From contig CBDCTZ010000015.1 in the NCBI GenBank assembly GCA_965222375.1, positions 672,001-736,000 on the forward strand: 64,000 nucleotides of DNA. Direction: 5' to 3'. Position numbers and translations under genes: made by a program. The notes beneath the pieces were generated by a model. It did no database searches. It saw only the letters and a program-made list of their open reading frames with translations, and was not told the origin of the DNA. Below, piece after piece: positions 40,915 through 50,848 of the stretch (positions within the stretch are counted from its first letter, which is position 1; every line of letters starts with the position of its first letter). The DNA is from Polyangiaceae bacterium (GTDB lineage Bacteria > Myxococcota_A > Polyangia > Polyangiales > Polyangiaceae).

Positions 40915-41448
40915 GACTGGTGTTTTCCGTTGTCTGACGCAGAGTTAGCGATAAAACCCCTCGGTAGGCGGAACGGGGCTTAGCCGCGTACGACCCGCGG
41001 AGTCAAACCTCAAGGCACGGCGGTGGGGGCGGGGCGGTCCGCCGCGGCGAGGGGGGCGGAACTCTCGCACTTTCCGGGGGCCTCTGCCAGGGACAAAGCA
41101 GCCACTTTTCCGGAATATCCGGGGCGGCGTAGTCGTGAAAGGCGGCGAGGCTGGCCATCCAGGCAGTGTCGAGGGTGCGTGGAGGCCACCGCCAAAGCTC
41201 GCTCTGCCCCAGTGCCCAAACACGCAAGGGCGCGCCACTGCGGGATTAGCGCACCTGCGCGAGCAGAGAATCGACCCCAAACCCAACCCCAAAAAAGAAG
41301 GCCGTCACAAAACCGTGGCTGCACGCCACTAGGCGAGGGATCGAAAGATCCTGAGCGGCGGTAGTACGTACCCAAGCCCAAACAAAGCACGTTTGTCCAA
41401 AGCGGCAAACGGCCAGCCGACTCGCTAGCCGAGCCCAGGGGAATCTCC

Positions 41449-43605
41449 ATGCTTTTGTCGAAATGTCGTGTGCACGTAGGTAGCGGAATTCGGCTGGCAG
41501 CAGCCGCAGTGATCATGAGCAGCACCGTATTGGGAGGCTGTGCCGCAACTCAGAAACCAGTTCGAACAGAAGCGGCCCTCGGCCGCGTGATCATCTACCG
41601 CAACGGCGTGGCGTACTTCGAGCGCCGCGCACGAATCAAAGGGGACGAATTGACCATCACCGTTCCCGCGGAGCGCGTGGACGACTTCTTGAAGTCGTTG
41701 ACGGTCACCGACGCGGCGACCGGAAAGTCCTTGCCCGTTTCCTATCCCACGGTGCTGCAGAACGGCGACGAAGTGGAGATGACCATCAAGCTCCCTCGCC
41801 CGGTACCGAAGGAGCTCAAGGTCAGCTATGTCACCGCCAGCCCCGCCTGGAAGCCGAGCTACCGCCTGGTGCTCAAAGACGGCGGCAAGGCGCGGCTGGA
41901 AGCATGGGCCGTGGTGGACAACGTTTCCGGGGAAGACTGGAAGTCCGTCACCGTGGGCGTGGGTTCCACCTCGGCACTGTCGTTCAAGTACGACTTGAAG
42001 AGTGTACGCATGGTTGAGCGCGAGACCCTCGGGGACAACAACGCCGTCGCACTGGCGCCGCCCACCGGGGGCTCCCCGTATCAAGTGAAGAGCGGGGAGG
42101 TGCAGGTCTTGGGTAACTTCAGAGTGGCGGAGGTGGATGGTCTGCGCGAGGCGCAACACAGCCGCGGCAGTGGAGTGATCGCTGGCAACACGACTCGTCA
42201 ATCTGCGTACAAGGGAAAACGACCTCGCTCCAAGTCCCGCAAGAAGCTTGAAGCGTACGTCCAAGATGAGCTCGGTGCCGACAACCGGGGAACCGAAGAA
42301 CACTTGCGTCCTCTTGCCGGGCTCGCAAAACGCGCTCTGAAGAACAAGCAAAAGGTACGCGTGGAAGGTTTTGCGCTCCCCGGCGATTCCAACAAGAAGC
42401 AGGCCTCGCTGGCCCGAGCCAATGCAGTCAAGGACGAGCTCGTGGCCAACGGCATTCCCGCGTCGAGCATCGAAACCGTCGCGACGGGCAAGGTGAACAC
42501 CCGCGACGGCGTGCGCCTGGTGGCGATTCCCCAGGGCTCGGTTCGTCCCCAGCAAGCCAAACGCCCCGAAGCCGGCAGCGCGACGGATCCCATCGGAAGC
42601 GCCTACTTCGTTGCACCCAAGCCGATGAACATCGAAAAGGATCACTCGGCGATGGTCAACATCCTGACCACCAAGACCAAAGCCGAGCAGCTCTACTACT
42701 ACGATCCCGTCTCGGACCGCGGTTCCAAGCGCTTTGCTTTCAAAGCCGTCCGTATCGAGAACCCCAGCAAGTACACCCTCGATAGCGGCCCCTTCACGGT
42801 CTACTCGGACAACCAGTTTCTCGGCGAAGGCCTGAGCGAAGCCATCCCGGCCAAGTCCAGCGCGTTCATTCCTTACGCCTTGGACAAGAAGGTGCTGGTG
42901 GATCCAGTGGTCGACACCCGCGAGGAAATCGATCGCTTGATCACGATCGAACGCGGCGTCGTACGCACCGAGACCAAGCGAATCCGACGCACCAAGCTGG
43001 CCTTCGTCAACCGGGGAGCAAGCAGCGCGAAAGTCATCGTGCGCCATGCAGTCCCCAAGGGCTGGAAGCTGCGCACCAGCGACAAGCGCGCCGAGAAACT
43101 GCGCGGCGCCTATCTCTTCCCCGTCACGATCCCGGCGAAGGGTTCCGTGAAGCTTCAGATCGAAGAGAGCATGCCCTTCGAAAAGACCGTCAACATCAAT
43201 ACCGACCACGGGGTCAAACAGATCGCGCTCTTCCTCGAGGCCCGCAAGAAGCTCGCCCCCGAGCTAGCCACCCAGCTAGACGAAATCGTGAAGCTTCACC
43301 GCGCACTGCAAGACAAGCAGAGCCGCATCGACACCGTGCACCGACAAATGAACGACTACCGCAAGCGAGTCGACGAAATCCACGTCCAGCTGGTGACGCT
43401 ACGCAAGGTGCCGCACGCCCAAAAACTGAGCCGCCACCTCGCCAAGAAGATGGAAGAGATCAGCGAGCGCCTACAGAAAGCCACGATGGAGGTCACGGAC
43501 CTAGAAGGACAAGTGCTCTCCAGTCGGATCTCCCTGCAAGATCGCCTCGCAGAGCTGACGCTGGAGGACAAGAAGAGCAAGGAGAAGGTGGCGAGTTCGA
43601 AGTAA
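41449..43605 (+). CDS. DUF4139-family lipoprotein with an inserted OmpA-like domain
   Basis: RVIIYRNGVAYFER, WKPSYRL, VDNVSGEDW; VRVEGF...SLARANAVKDELVANGI; C-terminal coiled coil. Confidence 0.8.
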   Translation: MLLSKCRVHVGSGIRLAAAAVIMSSTVLGGCAATQKPVRTEAALGRVIIYRNGVAYFERRARIKGDELTITVPAERVDDFLKSLTVTDAATGKSLPVSYPTVLQNGDEVEMTIKLPRPVPKELKVSYVTASPAWKPSYRLVLKDGGKARLEAWAVVDNVSGEDWKSVTVGVGSTSALSFKYDLKSVRMVERETLGDNNAVALAPPTGGSPYQVKSGEVQVLGNFRVAEVDGLREAQHSRGSGVIAGNTTRQSAYKGKRPRSKSRKKLEAYVQDELGADNRGTEEHLRPLAGLAKRALKNKQKVRVEGFALPGDSNKKQASLARANAVKDELVANGIPASSIETVATGKVNTRDGVRLVAIPQGSVRPQQAKRPEAGSATDPIGSAYFVAPKPMNIEKDHSAMVNILTTKTKAEQLYYYDPVSDRGSKRFAFKAVRIENPSKYTLDSGPFTVYSDNQFLGEGLSEAIPAKSSAFIPYALDKKVLVDPVVDTREEIDRLITIERGVVRTETKRIRRTKLAFVNRGASSAKVIVRHAVPKGWKLRTSDKRAEKLRGAYLFPVTIPAKGSVKLQIEESMPFEKTVNINTDHGVKQIALFLEARKKLAPELATQLDEIVKLHRALQDKQSRIDTVHRQMNDYRKRVDEIHVQLVTLRKVPHAQKLSRHLAKKMEEISERLQKATMEVTDLEGQVLSSRISLQDRLAELTLEDKKSKEKVASSK

Positions 43606-43943
43606 AGCGCGGCGTGTAGGGGCGCGTTCGTGTTGTGCGGGCGCGCCCGGACACTGCAGGCGCCCTCCAACTCAGGCCTTCCGACTCTGTGGGAGCGAGG
43701 CGGGTTAGTGATGGGTTTGGGGTCGAGCGTTGGTGCACGTTAGGCCCCTACTCCCGCAATAGGCCCCGCACCCGCTCATAGAACGCCTTGGCCGCCGGCG
43801 TTGGGGTGTGGGCGCGCGAGCCCGCGCCCCAACCGACGACGATCCTCCCGATCCCCAAACCTGGATCGACCCATTGCCCCCCGACGATCTCGACCCCCGC
43901 CTGACCCAGCTCAGCCAGCGCCGAGCTCCGCTTTGGTTTCGCT

Positions 43944-44051
43944 CAAATCGCCGTCATTCCACCCTGAATGAAACAACTAGATCGTGGAACGGAGGTTACG
44001 TGAACTTTCCACGCCGTGCTTCGGCGCGAACGCTTTGGTCCGCCTAGACTC
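43944..44051 (+). repeat. Structured ~108-bp dispersed repeat, copy 1 (candidate IS91/ISCR-like ori end)
   Basis: CAAATCGCCGTCATTCCACCCTGAATGAAAC...GCTTTGGTCCGCCTAGACTC; further copies at 46688, 50849, 52560. Confidence 0.9.
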
Positions 44052-44111
44052 CTGACAGATACGACCAAGCGCAATCAGGAAGTCGTCCGGAAGTCTTCGC
44101 ACGAGGGCCAT
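44052..44111 (-). pseudogene. 5' stub of a gene-cassette ORF truncated by repeat copy 1
   Basis: MALVRRLPDDFLIALGRICQ starts 21 nt after the attC core and runs into the repeat. Confidence 0.55.
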
Positions 44112-44132
44112 CGATCGGTCTCTTCTCAGTCT

Positions 44133-44266
44133 GCCTAACGGATCGGCCGCTAAAGCTGCGGGACGCTCCACGGCGCTTTCATCGTGGCACATGCGGCGCC
44201 CGGGACGAAGCCCCGGGCTCCCTCCGCGGCGCTTCACGCCCCGCCGGCTTGAGCGGCTGGTTAGGC
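44133..44266 (-). mobile_element. attC site 1
   Basis: Minus strand: GCCTAAC-CAGCC-GCTCAAGC...GCTTTAGC-GGCCGATCC-GTTAGGC, paired arms, 28 nt after the stop of the cassette ORF. Confidence 0.8.
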
Positions 44267-44294
44267 GGCGCCTCGAAGGCCAGGCGTCCGCTGC

Positions 44295-44756
44295 TCATTC
44301 CCAGGACGCCCCGCGAATCTGCTCTATCGCGCCGTCGAGGAACCTCCAGGCCGGGTCCTCGTCGTAGTTCATCTCGAAATCAATATGGCCAGCGAGGTAT
44401 TTCTCGGCCAACGAAGCGATCGCATCCAGGTCGTGCGTGTAGAACCATTCCCGAACTAGGCCTTGGGTCGTGTCGCCCAAGACGTGAACGCCAACGCCCC
44501 CGGATTCAACTGCCTCGACGAACTCGAGAGTGATGTTCCGGTAAGCCTCGTGCTGGTCCTTCGTGGGTAGACCGTCGTCCCGCTTTACGTCGAAGTGATG
44601 CTCGATAGTGACAACCGTAGGCAGAGTTGCACCCACGTAGTCTTCGCGCTCAAGTCTTCGTCCACGAAGCAAGATACGCGACCCGTCTGCCCGTCGTTCG
44701 GCGGTGAACCAAGGATGTGCCCGCAGCTTGGCAAAATCGGTGGGGCTTGCGGTCAT
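44295..44756 (-). CDS. DUF695-like protein (gene cassette)
   Basis: DDGLP, VREWFYT, DEDPAW motifs; bounded by two attC sites. Confidence 0.75.
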   Translation of the reverse strand: MTASPTDFAKLRAHPWFTAERRADGSRILLRGRRLEREDYVGATLPTVVTIEHHFDVKRDDGLPTKDQHEAYRNITLEFVEAVESGGVGVHVLGDTTQGLVREWFYTHDLDAIASLAEKYLAGHIDFEMNYDEDPAWRFLDGAIEQIRGASWE

Positions 44757-44808
44757 CGGTTTGGTCTCGTTGCAGCACCCGGAAATCGAGCACAGCGGTG
44801 GTGCGTCC

Positions 44809-44994
44809 GCCGAACAATTGAGGCGTTCAGCAGCGAACGCCAGGATTAACACCACCCAACACTACCACGCTGCAGGCGCAGGGTTGCGCCGAACGCAGCG
44901 AAGGCTGCTCGGCGCAAGAACTCTGCGCGCAGGGCGGAACGGACGCCATCCAGTCAGAAAGCCGGCGGTCGTCTGCTGCAACGTCCTGTTAGGC
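44809..44994 (-). mobile_element. attC site 2
   Basis: Minus strand: GCCTAAC-AGGAC-GTTGCAGC-AGACGACCGCC...GGCGTTCGCT-GCTGAAC-9 nt-GTTCGGC; arms pair with two extrahelical bases at canonical positions. Confidence 0.8.
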
Positions 44995-45183
44995 GGCCGC
45001 GGAATGGCCTGTTGTTAGCGCCAGTGAGCAGCGTTCGTCTGGTGCAATCGGTCTGCCAGCGAGGCCGCAACAACAGTAATCGACGCTGGAGGGTGCGCGG
45101 GACGAACGGGTTGCGAAACGCGGTGCGAGACGTCTTGGGACGTGCACCAAACCTGGTGGTGGCCGCGGCTTGGGGGTTTCGTG

Positions 45184-46392
45184 CTACCTGAGCCCCTGGT
45201 CTCGGATGGCATTTTTTAGCTTGGTTGCCACTGGCCCCAAGGCGGCTCGCAGGTTTCCGTCCGACCTGGCTGCATCATACGTCGCGGTGGTGACACCGAC
45301 GAGGTCGCTCGGAAGATGCATCTCTGCGTCACGTGGGTGCACGATGAAAGTACGACTTGGACCGATCTTGCCGATGAAGAGCCCCAGTTCGAAGAGCACA
45401 TTGTCGCGGGGCGCTTTCTTCTCCTCGTCACGTTTGGTCAACAAGTCATCGGGGGTCAGTACCAGCGCAGCGAAATCGTGCGACTCCAACGTTTTCGCGA
45501 GGCTGTCGAGTGTGCCGTGAGTGAGCCCGAAGATTCCCTGCGTCCATAGGGTGACTTCAGCTTCGTACTCAAGGTTCACCTGGAGCTCTTCAGCTGGGTC
45601 AAGACCCTCCGCCGACGAACCGATGAACAGTCGAGGCTTTTGCGCGGTTTCGATCGGCGGCCGCCCACGTTTCACCTCCGGCGGAGCGTCCTCGGTCGAA
45701 TCTGCCGTGGTGTTGGCATCCGGCGCGAGTGAAGAACCTGTGGCCGCTTCAACCACGTCCACAAGCTGCGCCGCGAGGGCAGACGTGAGGAGCTCCTCCA
45801 TCTTCGCGAGGTCGAGGCGTCCGCCTCTCCACGCCGCGTCGGCCGCTTCGAGAGCGGCGTAGTACGGTTTCTTGTTGTCCGCGATCATCTCCGGGATGGT
45901 GGGTGTCCCTGGGAGCGGGTAGCCCAACCTTATACAAAGGGCCATGTACGAAACGGTTCGCGACGTACGTCCGTTTCCGTCCTCGAACGGGTGGATCCAG
46001 TTGACCCGCCACAGGAGAAAAGCTGCGAGATGAACCGGGTATGCCGTTTCCCAATTGGCGGTCACGTAGTCGCAGAGATCATCGACGTGGCTGGGGACGT
46101 CTTCGTGCGGTGGCGGCACGTGGGTTGACTTGGTGATCTCAATTGGCCCCGTGCGATACGCCCCAGGATGAGCGACGAGGCCGTCGACAGCCAGCCTGTT
46201 CAACTCGATGAGAGTCGATGTTCGGAGACGAAACTGCTGTGAGGAAACCGCGTGATCGATCAACTCGAACATCCGATCGGTCTGACGAAGGCCGTTTTCG
46301 GCCTCACGTCTCACCACCTGCTCGTCCGTCAGCTTGGGGGCCGCCGTTTCCGGACTTATAAGCCTGCTTGCACGATCGCCGGTGTCTCCCAT
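45184..46392 (-). CDS. Fic domain fused to a CAP12/Pycsar-type TIR domain
   Basis: Canonical Fic motif HPFEDGNGRTSR; C-terminal LFIGSS.E, DFAALVLTPDD, PRDNVLFELGLFIG, LPSDLVG. Confidence 0.9.
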   Translation of the reverse strand: MGDTGDRASRLISPETAAPKLTDEQVVRREAENGLRQTDRMFELIDHAVSSQQFRLRTSTLIELNRLAVDGLVAHPGAYRTGPIEITKSTHVPPPHEDVPSHVDDLCDYVTANWETAYPVHLAAFLLWRVNWIHPFEDGNGRTSRTVSYMALCIRLGYPLPGTPTIPEMIADNKKPYYAALEAADAAWRGGRLDLAKMEELLTSALAAQLVDVVEAATGSSLAPDANTTADSTEDAPPEVKRGRPPIETAQKPRLFIGSSAEGLDPAEELQVNLEYEAEVTLWTQGIFGLTHGTLDSLAKTLESHDFAALVLTPDDLLTKRDEEKKAPRDNVLFELGLFIGKIGPSRTFIVHPRDAEMHLPSDLVGVTTATYDAARSDGNLRAALGPVATKLKNAIRDQGLR

Positions 46393-46417
46393 GAGGGCTA
46401 GTCCGCGACAGCAGGTG

Positions 46418-46597
46418 CTAGCCCTTGTCGCTAGCGAGCACTCGCGCAGCCTTTTCTATGGAGTCGCGAGTGATGTTTCGGTTCTCGATCTTGGTGTTGC
46501 CGTAGGTGAAACTCTGACGCTGGCGTTCGCGTTCCGTCGAGGTCTGCTTTATCCGCTTCGCCGCCTTCAAGAGATCTGAGAGTTTGCTGTCGTTCAC
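46418..46597 (-). CDS. 59-aa putative Fic antitoxin
   Basis: GTG start with AGGAGG 9 nt upstream; QRQSFTYGNTKIENRNITR resembles the Fic inhibitory (S/T)xxxE(G/N) helix; 25 nt upstream of Fic-TIR. Confidence 0.7.
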   Translation of the reverse strand: MNDSKLSDLLKAAKRIKQTSTERERQRQSFTYGNTKIENRNITRDSIEKAARVLASDKG

Positions 46598-46687
46598 GCT
46601 GCGGCCCTCCTGCTGAACAGGCGGGCAGGGTAGCATGGTCGACTCCGCCGCTCCAAGTGATCTGAGGAGGCAGGATTTTCGCCAGCC

Positions 46688-46796
46688 CAAATCAGCCGTC
46701 ATTCCACCCTGAATGAAACAACTAGATCGTGGAACGGAGGTTACGTGAACTTTCCACGCCGTGCTTCGGCGCGAACGCTTTGGTCCGCCTAGACTC
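46688..46796 (+). repeat. Structured dispersed repeat, copy 2
   Basis: Identical to copy 1 except for one inserted A. Confidence 0.92.
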
Positions 46797-46823
46797 GTCT
46801 CCTCCCATTGCCAGCCCAGCTCC

Positions 46824-47426
46824 TCACATCGGGTCTGGAACAAAGACGTACTGTTCCTCACCGATGTCGATCTGCTCCCTTGTGGCTCGTTTGATCGTGC
46901 CCGTGCGGCGCACGGGCGTTTCCGCGGGGAAAGGACAGGTGCGAAAACACGCATCCTCACAACTAGTTGAATGACACCAGAACCTGCTGAGAACCTCAGG
47001 GTCCATGATGATGAGCGAAGTCCCGTTGCGCTTGCACGACGCCATCTTGCGAGTTCCAGGCGGGACGAACGTCGTGCGACTTGAGCACAAGCCACAGCGT
47101 CCACACGCCATGCCGCAAGCGGTTCCCGCATCGCACGACACGACCCAACCAGCAGTGGCGACTCGCTGACCAAAGTAGCTTGCTGGCTCCGCGATCAAGC
47201 GCTCGATCGGAACTTCCTCGGGAAGTTGCTCGCCCCGTGCGTCCTCGGTGCCACGACCTGTCGCGAGGGCGCCAGCGTCAGACGCTGCGGGCTCCGCAGA
47301 GTCGACCTGCGGCGGGGTGGCAGCTGCGGGCTGGGGTGGCGGCCGGCACGCCGCAACAAGCAGAGCGCCGAGCGCTACGAAACCGCCGCTAGGTACTGCG
47401 ATCCCGAATTTGGTCTGGACGCTCAT
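46824..47426 (-). CDS. Cys-rich hypothetical lipoprotein
   Basis: VAAC lipobox; IERLIAEPASYFGQRVATAG OB-fold-like start. Confidence 0.65.
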   Translation of the reverse strand: MSVQTKFGIAVPSGGFVALGALLVAACRPPPQPAAATPPQVDSAEPAASDAGALATGRGTEDARGEQLPEEVPIERLIAEPASYFGQRVATAGWVVSCDAGTACGMACGRCGLCSSRTTFVPPGTRKMASCKRNGTSLIIMDPEVLSRFWCHSTSCEDACFRTCPFPAETPVRRTGTIKRATREQIDIGEEQYVFVPDPM

Positions 47427-47431
47427 GGCTA

Positions 47432-50400
47432 TCATAGACCCGCAAACGGTTGACCGGGTGGATTGCTGGTGGGTTTCTTTGGGGTCGAAGCCGGCGCGAA
47501 CGGTGTGAGAGTTCGGAAGAATGTGACGTCGGCGGCGTTGACGGCTCGCAGCAGCACGAGAATGTCGGCTGCCTCGGCCGTCTGTGTCGGGTTCCAGGCA
47601 CAGGCGAGCTGACCGCTGAGCAATGCCTCCGCGGCTGCAATGACCTCGGCCACGGAGATGTCCCGCGTGTACACGAACGCGTTGGCCAGGTCTTCGCCAG
47701 CCTCCGTGCGGGCGAGGACGTTGAGCTTGGCTGCTAGCAGCTCGGCGTACAGCTCGGCCATCACGCGTGCCGGGTCGATGCTGTCGCCGTGGGACAAGTG
47801 CGCTTGCACTGCGGAAGCCCCGACCACGAGCAGCTTGACCTTGCTTCCTTTCTTCCCGGGGGGCCTGTGGCATACCGCCGCATGAGAGGCGCTGGCCCCA
47901 CCTAGCTCCGGAGCGGCATGAGTGAGAATCGCCAGCGCTTGCGACGCAGAGGTTACCGGAGTCCCGGCGACACTGATGGGTAGAAACGAGCTCAGGTCAG
48001 TGGAGATCCAGGTCGCAACTGGAACCGCGCCACTTGGGCTCAGTCTTCGCGTTGGCTGACCAAACACCTCATAGGTGACGGGAGACCCGACAGGCGCCCA
48101 GATGCGCACGTTGTTTTGAACGCGAACGTTCTGCCATCTCCATTCCCAAGCACCCGGCGTGCCCTGCACCGAGACCGTCAAGCGCTCTTCATCCGTGACC
48201 GTTACGCCGTCGTTGTTTCCGGAGGGGTTTGTGTTGCTGAGCTTGACAGCTCCGGAGGGGTCCAGGACGGCATACCGAATGTCCGCGCTGGCGCCGGTAG
48301 CAACGCCATTTGCCTTCACATCGAGAGGGCCACGCTGTCCCACGACCGCCGGATCGTCGTCAACCAAGATGTCCGCGTCCGCATCCCGAAGGGTCATCGA
48401 GACAGAAGCGGCTCCAACGTCCACAAAGAACCGAAACGTGCCATCATAGTTCGTGTCCAGCATCGCGGTGTCGGCGAGCGGTCCGACCGCAAATGGGCCC
48501 GCGAGGTCCCGTGCGATGAACGCGAAATCGTTGGCGATCGTGCTCACCTGACCCGTGGCCCGCACCTTGAAGCTGTTGGTAAGCCCGGCCGTGACCGGAA
48601 CCATGGGTTGACCACAGGCTCCTTGCGTCAAGTACACGTCCAGAATGTAGAAGTGCGCCCCACTTCCGCTAGCTGTCCCAAAGGTTGGCCCACCATAAAC
48701 GGTGCCCCAATCAGCGTCCGCAAACGCCGCCGCCGAATCCTCCACCGTGACTTGGGGAAGTGGTGTCTCGGGGTTCGCCTTGTCCTTCGAACTCGAGAGC
48801 TCGTAGCAGGTTCGAGTACCGGCGTTGTTGCCCGTGTCGTACAGACTGCCCAACGTCTGGTCGCCATCGAAGACTTGAACCGTGACGGTGGTTTGACCCG
48901 CTGGAACGCCGATGAGAAAACGCGTGCGCTGGTTTGGAACCGTGGCGAAGGGCTGCCCGGTCACGGTCACGAAGCGACCATCATTTCCGTCCGCTGACGG
49001 GAACCCAGACACCGGGACACCCTGGTTGGTGGGCCCGCTCGCGCCACCGAAGTACAGGTCTCGCGTGCCATCTTCTCTGATCAGCTCCAGATCCACGAAA
49101 CCGTCGTCGTTCGCGTCGCCCGTCGAGTACTCGACGTACGTTCCCACCAGCAGCGGAAAGGTAGAAAACGCCAGGGTTGCGTCAACAAAGATGGCCTGTG
49201 CGCCAGCGACAACGACAAAGTCTTCGACGCCATCGTTGTCGAAGTCGCCCAGCGGAACAAAAGAAAACTTGTCGGCCTCTTGCGGAGAGACAGGCAGCAG
49301 GGCGTCAAAGGCTGCAAAGAAAGCCCCATCGATGTAAATGTTGATCCACAGCGTGCCCTGGTGCTCGTAGTACGCGAGATAGTCGTCGCGGTTGCCGTCG
49401 AGGTCGTAGTCGTAGGCGACTGGTAGCCACTTGCGTGGCAGCTGCTGCAAGTCGAGCGCGATGGAGTGATGGGTTGTGCCTGGACATGTGGGTGCGCCCT
49501 GTCCAGTTGGAAAACAGTCCTTCACACAACCGCCAGGGCCAAGAGCCCATTCTGGCCCCGCGATCACCATTCCGAACGCGGCGCCCGCGGGTGTCAGAAC
49601 CGGAGCGCCACTTGAACCCCGGAGCAGGTCCGCCTCCACCGTAAATGTCCCAGGTCCACCGTTGGTCGGAAACTGCTGTCCGATCGCCGCAACGTTGACT
49701 TGATCGTCGAGCTTGAGAGGAAGCCCGAAGGTGTGTGACCAGATCAGATTGTTTTGGGAAATTGTGGGAGCTGCATTGGTCGGGAAGAGCGGCTCGCGAT
49801 CTGTTGTCAGCGGGCCGCCGGTTCCCGTGCCGCCCGTGACCGGTCGGTCCACTCGGAATATCACCCAATCGTCCGGCAAACCGTTGACTGCCGGCAGTAC
49901 GGTTGGACCGTGGTCGAGTACCGCATCGCAGAAATAGATGTGGCGCGACAGGATATTCGGGTTTCCGTTGGGAAAGTTTGGGCTGCTTGTGCGCCAGCGC
50001 ATCACCACAGCACGCTTCGCGCATTCTTGGCCCCAACCGTTCCAAGGCGCGACAAGGTCGGTCATACAGTGAGCAGCCGTTGCGAACCGATCCGGTCCGA
50101 CCATAAACACCGTGCACGCCGCGGATGTCTTGCGCTCAGAGCTGAATAGCTCCCCTGAGCAGAATGTCGATTGCTGCGTCGATAGAATCCACGTGCAGTC
50201 CGTTGCGGTCGGTGGCACCGGGCAGTTGAAGGCGGTTGAGTTGAGGTCAGAACTATTGACCATCAGCCCGACCGCAGTGCCGTATTCCTGGTGGGCCTGG
50301 TTCGATACGTTTTGGAAGTTCTTCAGGTTCGCGTTGCCCCAGATGACTTCGGAGCCCCGAGACGCCGAGTCTTCGTGTGGCTCAGATGCGCAACCCGCGA

Positions 50401-50455
50401 AAGCGACGCCAACCGCAGCGGCTATTGAAACTCCAAGAACACGCATCCCGCCCAT
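47432..50455 (-). CDS. Large secreted trypsin-like serine protease with FG-GAP/VCBS-like repeats
   Basis: TAAHC, DWVIFRVDRP, GSSGAP triad motifs; DLDGNRDD, GDFDNDGVED, GDANDDGFVD repeats; GGAGG upstream. Confidence 0.82.
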   Translation of the reverse strand: MGGMRVLGVSIAAAVGVAFAGCASEPHEDSASRGSEVIWGNANLKNFQNVSNQAHQEYGTAVGLMVNSSDLNSTAFNCPVPPTATDCTWILSTQQSTFCSGELFSSERKTSAACTVFMVGPDRFATAAHCMTDLVAPWNGWGQECAKRAVVMRWRTSSPNFPNGNPNILSRHIYFCDAVLDHGPTVLPAVNGLPDDWVIFRVDRPVTGGTGTGGPLTTDREPLFPTNAAPTISQNNLIWSHTFGLPLKLDDQVNVAAIGQQFPTNGGPGTFTVEADLLRGSSGAPVLTPAGAAFGMVIAGPEWALGPGGCVKDCFPTGQGAPTCPGTTHHSIALDLQQLPRKWLPVAYDYDLDGNRDDYLAYYEHQGTLWINIYIDGAFFAAFDALLPVSPQEADKFSFVPLGDFDNDGVEDFVVVAGAQAIFVDATLAFSTFPLLVGTYVEYSTGDANDDGFVDLELIREDGTRDLYFGGASGPTNQGVPVSGFPSADGNDGRFVTVTGQPFATVPNQRTRFLIGVPAGQTTVTVQVFDGDQTLGSLYDTGNNAGTRTCYELSSSKDKANPETPLPQVTVEDSAAAFADADWGTVYGGPTFGTASGSGAHFYILDVYLTQGACGQPMVPVTAGLTNSFKVRATGQVSTIANDFAFIARDLAGPFAVGPLADTAMLDTNYDGTFRFFVDVGAASVSMTLRDADADILVDDDPAVVGQRGPLDVKANGVATGASADIRYAVLDPSGAVKLSNTNPSGNNDGVTVTDEERLTVSVQGTPGAWEWRWQNVRVQNNVRIWAPVGSPVTYEVFGQPTRRLSPSGAVPVATWISTDLSSFLPISVAGTPVTSASQALAILTHAAPELGGASASHAAVCHRPPGKKGSKVKLLVVGASAVQAHLSHGDSIDPARVMAELYAELLAAKLNVLARTEAGEDLANAFVYTRDISVAEVIAAAEALLSGQLACAWNPTQTAEAADILVLLRAVNAADVTFFRTLTPFAPASTPKKPTSNPPGQPFAGL

Positions 50456-50693
50456 CTTCAACCTCCCGGCTGCCCAACTTCCGCCAGCGTCTCATGCTAA
50501 CTGGAGAACGTGGCCTGTCAACAGCCGCTCCGTGGCCCGACAGACGCCCGCTGACACCCCACCTCCGCGACCCCACCCAAACAAACAAAGCGGACCCACG
50601 AAGCAAAAACGCGGCACTCCGTGAGGAGCACCGCGCATTCACATTCACGAGCTTCTCGCGCCCGAAGACGCGAAGCACATGAACAACACGGAC

Positions 50694-50846
<153 letters not shown>

Positions 50847-50848
50847 CT

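Noticed and set aside
40945..41440. Structured RNA (RNase P or riboswitch) upstream of fusA
   Set aside because: Only a short GGAAAGTGC match and one GAAA hairpin; no complete conserved core recognised
43739..43745. Third attC (GTTAGGC)
   Set aside because: No complementary arm or inverse core site at a suitable distance
43990..44025. Group II intron domain V within the repeat (minus strand AGC...GAAA...CACGTA)
   Set aside because: The lower stem does not pair, and there is no domain VI or reverse transcriptase
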